Assembly (NCBI GenBank): GCA_963824065.1
Contig: CAWGNX010000002.1
Coordinates: 488,794-552,793 of the forward strand
Source of the DNA: an uncultured Chloroflexia bacterium
GTDB taxonomy: Bacteria > Chloroflexota > Anaerolineae > Anaerolineales > DRKV01
Direction: 5' to 3'
DNA: 64,000 nucleotides
Each line of letters opens with the position of its first letter. Positions within the stretch are counted from its first letter, which is position 1. Positions 1 through 10,315 of the stretch are shown here, in pieces. The translations under genes were made by a program, and so were the position numbers. Under the pieces are notes generated by a model that saw only the letters and a list, made by a program, of their open reading frames with translations, searched no databases and was not told the DNA's origin.

Positions 1-2579
1 CGCTCGTCCTGCTTGTGAATGTGACCCAGGATGCGCCGGTAGAGCAGGCCTTCGATCAGGTGGTCCTTGACGTGGACAGAATACGTGCGCAGGCTCTCCT
101 GCTCGTCCAGGCCGGCCAGATCACCCTCCATCCGTTTATAGAGGTCGGCCGCCAGCGACAAAGCCAGGGGTGTGCGCCCAACCATGTTGATCACCTGCAT
201 GGCAGCCGTTTCTTCGGGCAGGCCGCGCGCCTGCAGTAACGCGACCGCATCTTCGATAGACAGCTCGCGCAGCTCCAGGGTCTTGGACGCATAATCCCAC
301 GGGATTTTGGCGCGCCCCGAAATCAGGACCACAAACCGCGGCACCAAGTCCCACAGAGAAAGCAAGAACTGGTACAGCTCCTGCAAGTATTCGCGGTTGT
401 GGTAGAGCAGTTCTTCAAATGTATCCAGTACCAGCAGGAACGGCCGCTCGCCGTGGGTAATGTTGACGACCGCGCTCCGGAAGCGGCTGACATATCGCTC
501 CCAACGCCGCAGCCGGGTCTCGATCTCGCTCTTGATATACTTTTGCGCTGCCAGCTCCTGAGGCGCGAAAGCAAGCGCCTGGCTGGACAGCCACTCCTGG
601 CGCAGATCCTGCCACAGGGTTGAATCGAGCGGATACTGCACTTCGAGCTGGTCGATGGCTTCCAGCAGGATCGATACCGGATCCTGGATGTTCAGATCCT
701 GGCGGTTGAAATCAATATACACGTATGGAAATCGCGCGGCCTCGCTCACTTCGGCGTGCTCGAGAAGAAATTTAGCAATCAGGGTGGATTTGCCCATTCC
801 GCCCGGACCGTAGAGCTGGAGGGGTAAAAACTCACGCTGGCTCCCGGATGGGTCGGCTGCCTGCGGCTCATCCAGCAGACCTGCCTCACGCCGCAGCCAG
901 GCCAGCTCATCATACCGGCCGCGGAAAAAGTCACCCACCAGGATGCGGAAGGGGGCCAGCATGCGGGCACGGGCTGTCGCCCGGCGGACATCTTCGGTAG
1001 TAGGCATACCCTCCACGCAGCCTGCCAGCCAATCCTGCACCTGCAGGCTGGCTTCGAGCTGGTCGAGGGTCTGCTTCGCAAGGGAAGGGGCAAGCCCCTT
1101 AATATAGGCATCAAGCATTTCCTGGAGCGGGCTGGGGATGGAGGCGGGGTTATCAGCCAGGACCTGCTGCAAACGCCCATCCTTTGCCAGGCGCTGCAAA
1201 GTTTCCTTGCGCACCGGGTGGCGCAGCATCCAGACCGGACGTTCGAACACCCCGGTCATGACGGTGGAATCTGCGATCAGCTTTGGCAGGGCGCTTTGTT
1301 CGCCGGGGCTTAAGCCATGCCCGGCGCTGGTCAGGTCAGGCAGGTCGAAAAAAGCCCGTACGGCAGTTTTTTCACGCAGATCCCACAGCGCATCGTGGGC
1401 GGCGGGTTCGGCTGGGGCTGCCCGGCTGGATTTGATCTGGTTCAGGCGCTCTTGAAGCTGCTCCTTCGTTACCAAAGGCCGTTTTTGCCGTCCCGCCAGC
1501 TCTTCCAGCAAGCCCTTTTCGACCAGAAAATTAATAATGGCTGCCGCCGGTACGCCCTGGAACTGGGGATCGGGGCTCTCTGGAAGCTGACCGAGGTGCA
1601 GGGCAATCAGACCCCATTTGATATCAAACAACGGGGCGCCGGTATCACCAGGCCGGACCTCGACCTGGTAGAGCAGACGGCTGTGGCTTTGGTTCCACTG
1701 CAGCTCAGGCGAGGTTGCCAACACCAGGGCAAGGTTTTCACCGGGGGGTTGGATCAGCATTTGGAGCGGTTTGTTGCCCTCGCCGGGGGGTTCGACCGGT
1801 TCGAGGGTGAAAAAGCCGCGCGCCGCGCCATCCCCGCCCGTTTGCCGGCCCACCGGGCTGAGACCCGGTGCGCCTTGCAGGCGCAGCAAGATAAAATCAA
1901 GCTCGCCGCCGGTTGGTTCGACCTCCGGGCTGGAGGGGCTGGCTGCCACCTGCCAGTCGGAAGCCAGGCTGTATTCAATGCCAGGATGCAGCAGTTCTCC
2001 ATCTGGAGTGATGCGGTAATCAAAACGCACAATCACGTCGCCGGGCTTTACCTCACCTTTAACGACCGGCTCCAGCAGGCGGTAGGCGGTCAACACATGC
2101 GCCGGGCCGACCAGTAAGCCGGTGCCCGCGACCGGGTTGGCTTCTCCGCCCTGTTTCTTGTCCGGCCGCCGGTTGTCTCCTAACCGCCGGATTTCAATCT
2201 GGCAGACTTGAGTTTCCAGGCGTCCCAGCCGGGTGCGCCAGTGTCCCGTGTCGATGGTTAAACTGGCAAAGAATTCGGAATCAGGGAAACCGGCTGCGCT
2301 GGCTGCCGACAAATCCAGTTCATCGAGCAGGGCCATGAGCTGGGGGTCGTCCGGACGCGCGGCGCGCAGGGCATTCACCAGCATCAGGGCCATATCACGC
2401 TGGTCGAGGGTCTGCACCAGCCGTGAGACGTCTGTTACCAGGTTACCGCTTTCCGTGATGGCAAACAGGTTGACGTCCATGTATTGGAGCAGGAAATCCG
2501 CCAGTTCCTGGCGGGATGAGAAAGCCTTCAGCAGGTAGTCGTTGACCAGCTTGAGCTGGATCGATTTCAAGATGCCCAT
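1..2579 (-). CDS. EAD (death-like adaptor) + degenerate trypsin-like domain + NB-ARC/STAND P-loop NTPase; 3' end runs off the left edge of the window
   Basis: My hand translation of the minus strand from ATG 2579 stays open to base 1. It is absent from the ORF track because there is no stop in the window. N-terminus MGILKSIQLKLVNDYLLKAF...LVNALRAARP resembles the N-termini of the two upstream genes. Trypsin-fold motifs: GTGLLVGPAHVLTAYRLL, ELDFILLRL, RPGDTGAPLFD. NTPase motifs: Walker A YGPGGMGKSTL, Walker B FLLVLDTFEE, VVLISGR, GRTPLAL. Confidence 0.75.
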   Translation of the reverse strand, partial: MGILKSIQLKLVNDYLLKAFSSRQELADFLLQYMDVNLFAITESGNLVTDVSRLVQTLDQRDMALMLVNALRAARPDDPQLMALLDELDLSAASAAGFPDSEFFASLTIDTGHWRTRLGRLETQVCQIEIRRLGDNRRPDKKQGGEANPVAGTGLLVGPAHVLTAYRLLEPVVKGEVKPGDVIVRFDYRITPDGELLHPGIEYSLASDWQVAASPSSPEVEPTGGELDFILLRLQGAPGLSPVGRQTGGDGAARGFFTLEPVEPPGEGNKPLQMLIQPPGENLALVLATSPELQWNQSHSRLLYQVEVRPGDTGAPLFDIKWGLIALHLGQLPESPDPQFQGVPAAAIINFLVEKGLLEELAGRQKRPLVTKEQLQERLNQIKSSRAAPAEPAAHDALWDLREKTAVRAFFDLPDLTSAGHGLSPGEQSALPKLIADSTVMTGVFERPVWMLRHPVRKETLQRLAKDGRLQQVLADNPASIPSPLQEMLDAYIKGLAPSLAKQTLDQLEASLQVQDWLAGCVEGMPTTEDVRRATARARMLAPFRILVGDFFRGRYDELAWLRREAGLLDEPQAADPSGSQREFLPLQLYGPGGMGKSTLIAKFLLEHAEVSEAARFPYVYIDFNRQDLNIQDPVSILLEAIDQLEVQYPLDSTLWQDLRQEWLSSQALAFAPQELAAQKYIKSEIETRLRRWERYVSRFRSAVVNITHGERPFLLVLDTFEELLYHNREYLQELYQFLLSLWDLVPRFVVLISGRAKIPWDYASKTLELRELSIEDAVALLQARGLPEETAAMQVINMVGRTPLALSLAADLYKRMEGDLAGLDEQESLRTYSVHVKDHLIEGLLYRRILGHIHKQDE

Positions 2580-2596
2580 ATTCGGTAGGCTCGCTT

Positions 2597-3679
2597 TCAA
2601 TTCCCTGGCAGCAGCGCCAGGGCACGCTCCATGACCAGCTCCATAATTTTTGCCAGGCGTTCTTCAACACTCAGGGTGGCGGGCAGCTCCTGGAATACCC
2701 CCTGTGCTTGCGCTTCGATCTGCGTCGAGTCGGCGATGATATTGGCCTGTTCGAAAAATTTCTCGAAATAGGATTTCACTTCGGGCTCATCGAAATACTG
2801 CAGGTCCTCGCTGTGGACGAAGATCTTGACATCCGGCGTCAACCGGCCGAGCAGACTCGGGTAATCGAGCAGCACCAGGCGCACTTCCCGCAAACGCAGG
2901 GTTTTAATACCCTGGATGAGCTTAAAGACAAAGTCGCGCGTTTCCGGGCGCAGGTCGGGATGGTCAAAACCATCCAGCACGATCCAGGCCCGGCTGCCGT
3001 CCAGGTTGATTTTTTTCACCAGCCAGTCAAACAGCTCGCGCACGTACTGCTCGCCCATGTTCTGCGGGGCAGGTATGGGCTCGGTGGGTGGCAGGGCCAG
3101 GTCAGAGTCGATCCGGCGCGCCAGGTCGTTGGGGTAGTAGGTTGAAGGAATTTCATCCGCCAGAGGAATATAAGACAGCTTGTGACCGTATTTTTCGGCG
3201 ATCTCGTATACAAGGAAGTAAGAATGCGATTTCCCTGATTTGGGCGGCCCATTCACTACCAGGAAGCGTTTTTTACTCTTGAATAAATCTTCGAGCTTGT
3301 CGCGATAGCTGACCCGGTTGATGAATGGAATGCTTCCGGCGACCAGGCAGGCTTTGAACGGATCGGTCACCACCAGGCCTACTTCATCATCGATCAGGTT
3401 GTTGCGCATATCCTGCAAGATTGTCTGGAGCACCTGGTTGCCGGCTTGCTTGGGATCGTTGATGATCGCATCCAGCAGGACATCGGCGCGGTTGTAATAC
3501 TGGTTGATCAGCTCGCTGACGCGTTTATCCAGAGCTTGTCCGGGGGCGATATTGGCTGGCACCAGGCCCAGGCGCGTATCCACCAGCAGCTCGAAGTCAG
3601 GGATCGTCTGGTAAGCAAAGCTGAGCATGGACAGCAGGTTCTGGCGTTGGTTTAAGGTCAGGCTTTTTCCCATATTCAT
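2597..3679 (-). CDS. EAD (death-like adaptor) fused to a small P-loop NTPase
   Basis: 360-aa ORF. N-terminal helical module (NQRQNLLSMLSFAYQTIPDFELLVDTRLG...DAIINDPKQ) follows the same pattern as its neighbours. Walker A VVNGPPKSGKSHS, Walker B AWIVLDGFDH. It lies 12 nt after the upstream gene and 17 nt before the downstream gene. Confidence 0.75.
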   Translation of the reverse strand: MNMGKSLTLNQRQNLLSMLSFAYQTIPDFELLVDTRLGLVPANIAPGQALDKRVSELINQYYNRADVLLDAIINDPKQAGNQVLQTILQDMRNNLIDDEVGLVVTDPFKACLVAGSIPFINRVSYRDKLEDLFKSKKRFLVVNGPPKSGKSHSYFLVYEIAEKYGHKLSYIPLADEIPSTYYPNDLARRIDSDLALPPTEPIPAPQNMGEQYVRELFDWLVKKINLDGSRAWIVLDGFDHPDLRPETRDFVFKLIQGIKTLRLREVRLVLLDYPSLLGRLTPDVKIFVHSEDLQYFDEPEVKSYFEKFFEQANIIADSTQIEAQAQGVFQELPATLSVEERLAKIMELVMERALALLPGN

Positions 3680-3691
3680 TCTTCCCCAGTG

Positions 3692-4793
3692 CTAATCTTC
3701 TTCATCTGGCGTGCCCAATTCGGAAGTGAGGTCATTTTTTTCCAAGTAATTGTAAATCAGGTGGATGGGAATGCCCTGGTTGTACTCTGCCGGGTGCAGC
3801 TCCGAATAGTTCGGATCACCGGCATGGTGCAGCGCGACCAGTTTCCAGTTGATGTTAAAACATGGCGAGCCGGATGAGCCCTTGAGGGTGTTGGTGGCAT
3901 ACCGCAGGCGAGTGTGGTTGCTGTTGTACGCCAGACTGCCCTCGGTATCCAGGCCCAGCTTGAGGTAGTCGCCTTCCGGGTGCTGGAGGATGAGCAGCGG
4001 GTCACCGGGCTGGAGCTCGAGCTCGTCACCGGTCAGGGCGATGTAGCCGCGCGGGGGAGCCTTGTCCTCGATGACCTTGCCGACCTTATCGCTGCCCGGG
4101 CTGCCTTTGAGTTTCACCAGGGAGAAATCCAGCTCATCCGGTTTGGGCACGGCATCTTTAGGAGAGCCCTTCTTATCGGCGGCGCTGTATTTGCTTTCCG
4201 CTTTCTTCCATTCTTCCGCCAGCTTGTAGGTTACACCCGGGTTCAGAGTAACCCCATCCTCCAGGCGCTTGTAGTCGAAACGTACCAGGACCTCCGCCGG
4301 ATTGGCCATTTTTTTATCCAGCCATTCCATGACGTGGTAGTTGGTTAATGATTTTGTCATTCGCCACCAGGAAGCCGGTGCCGTAAGCCAAATCCCCGGT
4401 ATTTAGCTTGATCTCGATCCGGCAGATGCGCGGTTCGAGCATACCCAGGTTGCTGCGCCAGGATGCGACGTCTAAAAATCCTTTGCCAGCTTTGACCACC
4501 AGCTCCAGCTCGGTCTTTTTGACCGGCGTCAGATCGAACTCCTGGGCAAATTCCTGCAGTGCCGCCACCCCGGGCCGCGACTCACGCGCAGCGTTGATCA
4601 ACTGGACTGTCCAGCCCTGTGATTCGGCCGCGCGCACAACGTAGTAGATGTCCGTTTCTAGGGCATTGGTTGTGGCAATGGCATCCAAAGAGCGACCCAA
4701 ACGGACATCGAGCATCATCTCGAACTGCACCCGGGCTGGAAAAGCCTGTTTCAAAATTTCAATCAACTCGGATTTTTGATCCTCAACCAGCAT
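3692..4793 (-). CDS. EAD (death-like adaptor) fused to trypsin-like serine protease; frame broken once (ORFs 4314..4793 and 3692..4360)
   Basis: N-terminus SELIEILKQAFPARVQFEMMLDVRLGRSLDAIA...QGW...AARESRP. Protease motifs: GTGFLVANDK | LTNYHV (His), ELDFSLVKL (Asp), GSSGSPCF (Ser). The two ORFs join if one A of the A-run at 4352-4355 is removed (gac aaa [a] tca tta acc aac tac cac). AAGGAG RBS lies upstream of ATG 4793. Confidence 0.7.
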
Positions 4794-5132
4794 GGAAGCG
4801 CTCCTTATCGCAAGTGCTATTCATTTAAATAAACGCATAAACGGGTCTGTTCTTCGGGATGCGATGTATGGTGCTTGAAAAGAAGACCCGCGTGGTCAGT
4901 TTTAGTATAGCGAAAATGGGGTTGCAATGCAATTCAGGTTTCGCAAGGAAACGTGCGGGAAGTACCCGCCAGGGATGACCTGCGGCCTGGCACCGGATTT
5001 TTTGGTGGGTAAGAAATATATCCGCCAAAGTTCATCCAAAAAATCCGAATGTGGGACGTTGACAGGGACGCTGAGCGGACGCCACTTCCTTAAACTTGGG
5101 TCTAGATGGATCAACCTGGAAGGAGTACCACC

Positions 5133-6353
5133 ATGGAAAACCGCAACCGCCAACTGATGTTCTTGTTCCTCAGCAGTTTCTTAATCCTTTTTGTTGGGAT
5201 GGGGTTGTTCCCCGTCCTGCCGCTGTTCGTGGCCCGCTTCGGGGCCGATTCCGGCCAGATTGGCCTGTTTTATGCGTTGATTTTTCTGGCCAATGGAGCC
5301 GGACCGGTGGCCGTGATGGGGCTGCACAGGCGCACTTCGCCGCGCGCGCTGTTTATTGGCGTGGGATTGCTGGGCATTGCTGCCCTCGCTCTGACGGCCT
5401 TCGTGAGCACCTTCTGGCAGATGGCTGCCCTGTTGGCAGCTGCCTGGTTCGTGGGAGGGGTCGTCCTGGCCCAGGTGAGTATTTTCACAGGGCGGGTGGC
5501 GAGCGGGGCCAGCCGTGGGCGCGCCTTCAGCCTCATGTCGTTGGCAGCACCTGTAGGAGCTCTGGTGGGCGGTACGTTGATTGGCAGAATCGTCACAGCG
5601 GCCGGTTTCCCGGCGCTGTTCCTGGCTCTGGCAGGATTATGGATTGGCTTACCGCTGGTAGGTGTCTTTGGCCTGCGCGGCATTCCTGACAGCCACCCGG
5701 TTATGCAGAACGATTCACCCCAAGCTCAAAGCGGCCGCTCCTTCGACCTGCGGTTCTACGCTCTGGCCCTGTCCAGCCTGCTGGCTGGCATGGGGATTTC
5801 GATCACCCGCCTGGGCGCGCCGTTGATGATGAAAGGGATGGATTTCAGCGCCGCCCAGATGGCAAGCACTGCCACGGTCAGCGGTCTGGTAGCGATCCCG
5901 GTGGTCTTACTGATGGGCATGCTGTCTGACCGGATTGGGCGCGGCCGGTTGTTGATGGCGGGCTACGGCATGGCAGCCGCTGGCGCGGTCATCCTGAGCG
6001 CGGCATCGAGTGTGGTCCATTTTTGGGTAGCTGCCACACTGATGCTGGTGGCATTCGGCATCAACAACGGCCTGGCTCAAGCACTGGGCACCGACCTGCT
6101 GGAAAGCGCACAGCTGGCGCGCGGCCTTTCCCTGCTCAATACGATCAAATCTGGGGCAGCAATTGTCAGTTTCGCGGTCACGGGCTACCTGGTGGTGGCC
6201 TTCGGAGCGCCGCAGGTGGCTGTGCTGGCGGCTGTGCTCCCTGCGGCTGCATTCGGTCTCTTGGGAGTACTGCAGCGGCTGCCAGTCGGGATGAACCTGG
6301 CTGCGTTGAGCCCAGGACGGCGGGTTGCTGCCCCCAAACCAGTTGAATGCTGA
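5133..6353 (+). CDS. MFS transporter
   Basis: ORF 5106..6353. The ATG at 5133 is preceded by GGAAGGAG. The product is multi-span and hydrophobic with an MFS-like layout (MENRNRQLMFLFLSSFLILFVGMGLF...). Confidence 0.8.
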   Translation: MENRNRQLMFLFLSSFLILFVGMGLFPVLPLFVARFGADSGQIGLFYALIFLANGAGPVAVMGLHRRTSPRALFIGVGLLGIAALALTAFVSTFWQMAALLAAAWFVGGVVLAQVSIFTGRVASGASRGRAFSLMSLAAPVGALVGGTLIGRIVTAAGFPALFLALAGLWIGLPLVGVFGLRGIPDSHPVMQNDSPQAQSGRSFDLRFYALALSSLLAGMGISITRLGAPLMMKGMDFSAAQMASTATVSGLVAIPVVLLMGMLSDRIGRGRLLMAGYGMAAAGAVILSAASSVVHFWVAATLMLVAFGINNGLAQALGTDLLESAQLARGLSLLNTIKSGAAIVSFAVTGYLVVAFGAPQVAVLAAVLPAAAFGLLGVLQRLPVGMNLAALSPGRRVAAPKPVEC

Positions 6354-6462
6354 GACGGGTAAACGACCACCCAGATTAATGATCAGCCCGGGTGAGGGGT
6401 TTAACCCTTCACCCGGGCTTTTGGTTTTCCTTCACGCTGCCGCGGCCCGCTGTTATTGCGGG

Positions 6463-9400
6463 TCACAGCTGGAAATCATCCAGCTGCATGGATCGGGCAC
6501 GCTGCTCGGCGGCTTCGAAAGCGGCCGGCTCCATTTCTGCGGCGAGCTCGGTCAGCAGGGCTTGCATGCGGTTGCGCACTTCATACCAGGTATTGACGTG
6601 CCCGCTGACAAATGCCGCGATCACGACAGCCTGTTCGCGATCTCCGTGGACCCCGAATAGATTGGCTGCGCCGCTCAAGACCAGCAGCGTAAGGCCATTG
6701 TGCCAGACGTTGCGCGATGCTTCCAGCGCCTCCTTCAGCCATTCCAGAGCTTCACCATATTCCCCCAACCCGGTGGCTGCCCGGCCGATGCCATACATCG
6801 CATAAGCCGCGCCCCATTGATGGCCCACTGCCTGTGCCCGCTCCAGGCTGAGCAAAAACTGCTTGTGGGCGCGCGCGTAATCCCCGGTCTGCAGTGCCAG
6901 GTCACCCAAACCGCGGTGGAAAAAGGTGTAACCATTGCGGTCGTTGACCTGCTCGAACAACGGCAGAGCGCGGTCATAGGCCTGGTATGCTTGTTTGGTA
7001 TCGCCTGTCACCCGGTAATATTCGCCCAGCTCCCACACGCTCCAGGCCTCGCCGAACACATCGCCAGATTGGCGGCAGTATTCCAGACTCTGCATACGGG
7101 TCTCGAACGCCCGCGGCAGGTCTCCGGCGCGTAAGTGCCTCGTAGCTTTCCTTTGAAAGCACGCGCGCCGCCAGCCAGGTATGCCCGCTCTGGGCGTAGG
7201 TATCGCTCATGGCCCGGTAGTGGGTGAAAGCTTCGGGATACTCACCCAGCTCCAGGTGCAGGTCGCCGATCTGGAAGTGGATATCATTGGCAATGATCCA
7301 ATCTCCGGCGTTGACGAGTTTCTCCTGGGCGTTTTCCCAGGCTTCGATCGCCTGGCGGAAACGGTCCTGGAAGCGACGCAGGTTCCCAAGGGTGCGCAGG
7401 GCGTGCCCGGATTCGCGCATGTCACCCAGGCGGTTGAACAGCTCGAATGATTCGGTGCAGATCAAATCGCACTCATCCATTTCGGCTTCACTGACGAAAT
7501 TCAGCTCGTAAAGCTGTCCGAGCATGATCAGGGCAAATGCCAAGTCCCACTGGCGGTTTTCCTGGCGAAATTGGGGGACGAGTTCCTGCAAGGCTGCCCG
7601 CCCGGCGGGCAGGTCCACCAGGCGCCCATAAAGATAGCACAGCATCACCCGCCAGAAGCACAGGTTTGTGCGCATAGCCAGTGTTTCAGAGCGTTCCCAG
7701 GCTCTTTTCAGCGGTTCGATGTTGGGCGGCGGCAGCATGCCAAACGCCTCGAAGCGCACGGGGTAGCCGTTTTTGTAGAAGGCACCTTCAGCGGTGTAAA
7801 CGATGGCGATGGCGCGTTTATCTTCTTCTTCCTGGGGATCATCCGGCAGGATGGACTGGACGGCTTGCAGCAGCGGCATCAGCTCCGAGGCGCGCGAGCG
7901 CGATTCGCAGTAACGGAAGACTCCTGGCAGCATCCAGTAGATGATAATTTCATACCGGCCCTGTTCCGCCAGCCACATCCAGGCGATCCGGATGTGATCG
8001 AATTCGTTGCGGATAGCCGTAAAGGCCTCCTTTTGATCTGGACTGCGGATGGCAATGTTCTGTTCTGCCAGGAAATCGGCGAAGTATGTGGCATGTCGGA
8101 AGCGCACATCTTCCCAAACTGACCGGTCTTCCTGAAGTTTTTCATAAGCATACTGGCGCAGCAGTTCATGGATGACAAACCGGCCTTCCGACGTGCGCTG
8201 CAGCCAGGATTTATGCACCAGTCCCAACAGGGACTTGAGCGGGGCGTCGCTGATCGAGCGCGCCGCTTCCAGGCTGAAACTTCCCAAAAATACCGACATC
8301 CGCGTCACGGCTTCCTGCTCAGCCGTGAGTGAGCAAATTCCAGGAGCTGTTGAATACGGCACGGATGCTGCGCTGCCGGTCGGGCATGTCGTCCCAATCT
8401 GTTTCGAGAAAATCCAGGCTGCGCCGGATTTCACTGGCAACTTCGTCCAGCCGCAGCATTTCGAGCCAGGCAGTTGCCAGCTCAATGCCGAGCGGCATAC
8501 CCTGAACCAAATCGCAAATTTCAACCGCACCGCGCACATTTTCGGCCGTCACAGCGGAAATCGGGTTGGAAACGCCGGGCGCATTGCTCAAATAATTTAA
8601 GCGCGGAATACTCTTCAAGGCGCTGGTCAAGCTCCACCAGTCCGGATAGCTCAAACGCCTGGGGAACCCGCAGCCCTTCCAAAGGTAAACGAATTCGGAG
8701 TGCAGGTTCAGCCGCGCTCGGGAGGTGACCAGGATGCGGACGTGTTCCGTTTCAGCCAGCACCCGCCCGATCGCATGCACGCTTTCTTCATCCAGCAGGT
8801 GCTCGAAATTGTCCAGAACAAAGAGCATCCGGCGCGGTTTCAGGAACTCGATCAGCTGGTCGGTCTGGTTTTCCTGGCTGCCCTGGAAACTGAAATTGAT
8901 CAGCTCGTCGATTGCTGGCAGGATCGCGCCGGTGGATGAAAGCGGCGCCAGGGGGACAAACCACACGCCGTCCTGCAAGCCTTCCGGGAAGACCGCCGCC
9001 AGGCGGGTGGCGGCCTCGATCGCCAGGCGGGTCTTGCCGCTCCCTCCAGGCCCCAGGATGGTAACCAGGCGATGGCTGTCCTGACTGCACAGCAGGGATT
9101 CCAGAGCGGCTAATTCGTCCACCCGGCCAACAAAATCGGTGGTCTGGGGGGGCAGGTTGAACAGCCGGCTGCCAGCCTGGCCCGCAGTTGGCTCCACCGG
9201 ATGTGCGGCTGGCGCCGCGACTGCCTGGGCTGGGGCAGCCTGAACGGGCGGCGCGGCCGGTAAGGGAAACGGAGGCTGCGGAAGGGCGGCCTCAACAATA
9301 TCCGGTGGCGCCAGGGTGCGCGCCTGGATGGCCTCGTACAGCCCGGTGGTGGCCTCTTCTGGGGCTATTTTCAGCTCCCTTTTCAGGGTGCGGGTGAGCT

Positions 9401-10085
9401 CCTGGTACTGGCGCAAAGCGGCTGCCTGCTGCCCAGACCAGGCGTAGAGCTGCATCAGCTGGCGGTGAGCTGGCTCGTGCAGGGGATCAAGGGCCAGCCA
9501 GCGGCGGGCGTACTCGCTGGCGCGCTCGAAATTTCCCTCGCGCGTGTGCCAGATGATGAGATGCTGCAAAGCCTCTGCCAGCTTCTGGCGCAGGTTTTCG
9601 TTTTCAAAAAACTGCCATTCGTCATACGGGGCGCTGTCAGGCAGGCTGAACCCGGCCATAAAATCCCCGCCGTAAAGTTCAACAGCCCGCGTGAGGGCCG
9701 AGAAGCAGGAGGGACACAGCGGAGTTGAGCCTTCTCGCAGACTGTGACCATGGGAAATTGCCAGATCCACCAGTCGGTGGAAAATGGCCACGTCAGTCGT
9801 CACCCCGGCCTCGTCCGCGATCCGCACCTGATCGCCTTCGAGATCTACAAATTCCTCCCCGATGGTCTGCCGCAGGCGGGAAATATCTCGGCGCAGGTTG
9901 GCTCTGGCACCGCTCTGGTCATAATCGGGCCAAAAAAGGGTCGCCAGAGCATCCCGGCTGTGCGGCCGGTCGGTGACGACCAGGTATGCCAGCAGGGCAA
10001 GCACTTTTTTTCGCCCTAGATTGACGGCTTCGCCTTCACTCAGAATACGCGGTGCGCCCAGTAAATTTACATGCAGCTGTACCAT
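6463..10085 (-). CDS. SARP/BTAD-type activator domain + NB-ARC ATPase + TPR repeats (AfsR-like STAND regulator); frame broken twice
   Basis: ORF 8319..10085 carries LLGAPRILSEGEAV...LLAYLVV...FWPD (winged-helix/BTAD) and Walker A ILGPGGSGKTRLA. It continues in ORF 6974..8539 (LTAEQEAVTRMSVFLGSFSLEAA..., TPR-like) and ORF 6463..7095 (TPR-like). The shifts are near 8320-8330 and about 7130. Confidence 0.7.
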
Positions 10086-10315
10086 CCTAATCTCCCTCCG
10101 GGATAATTTTACACGAAATATCCAATTTAGCTTTCCGGCTCAACTGGAAAATGGTTTTTGCGGACACTATGGGCAGATAGAGCGGTCATAGCTGCCAGAA
10201 ACCGAACTGGCCTGGGACGCAAGCGGGACGCACGGGGACGCGCTCGAGGGACACCCCAATTCTATACTGGGTATAGTGAAATCGAGTGACCGAAAGCTTA
10301 ACCCTGGAGGCAGAC

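Noticed and set aside
15-2538. Plus-strand ORFs in the track (for example 1317..2117, 266 aa; 1138..1455; 2233..2538) and short minus-strand ORFs in other frames
   Set aside because: They are shadows of the long minus-strand gene that I translated by hand from 2579 to base 1. They have Arg/Gln/Gly/Leu-rich antisense-type composition and no motifs.
4825-5157. ORFs of 67-83 aa in the gap between the EAD operon and the MFS gene
   Set aside because: They fall in the divergent promoter region, overlap each other on both strands and have no RBS or motifs.
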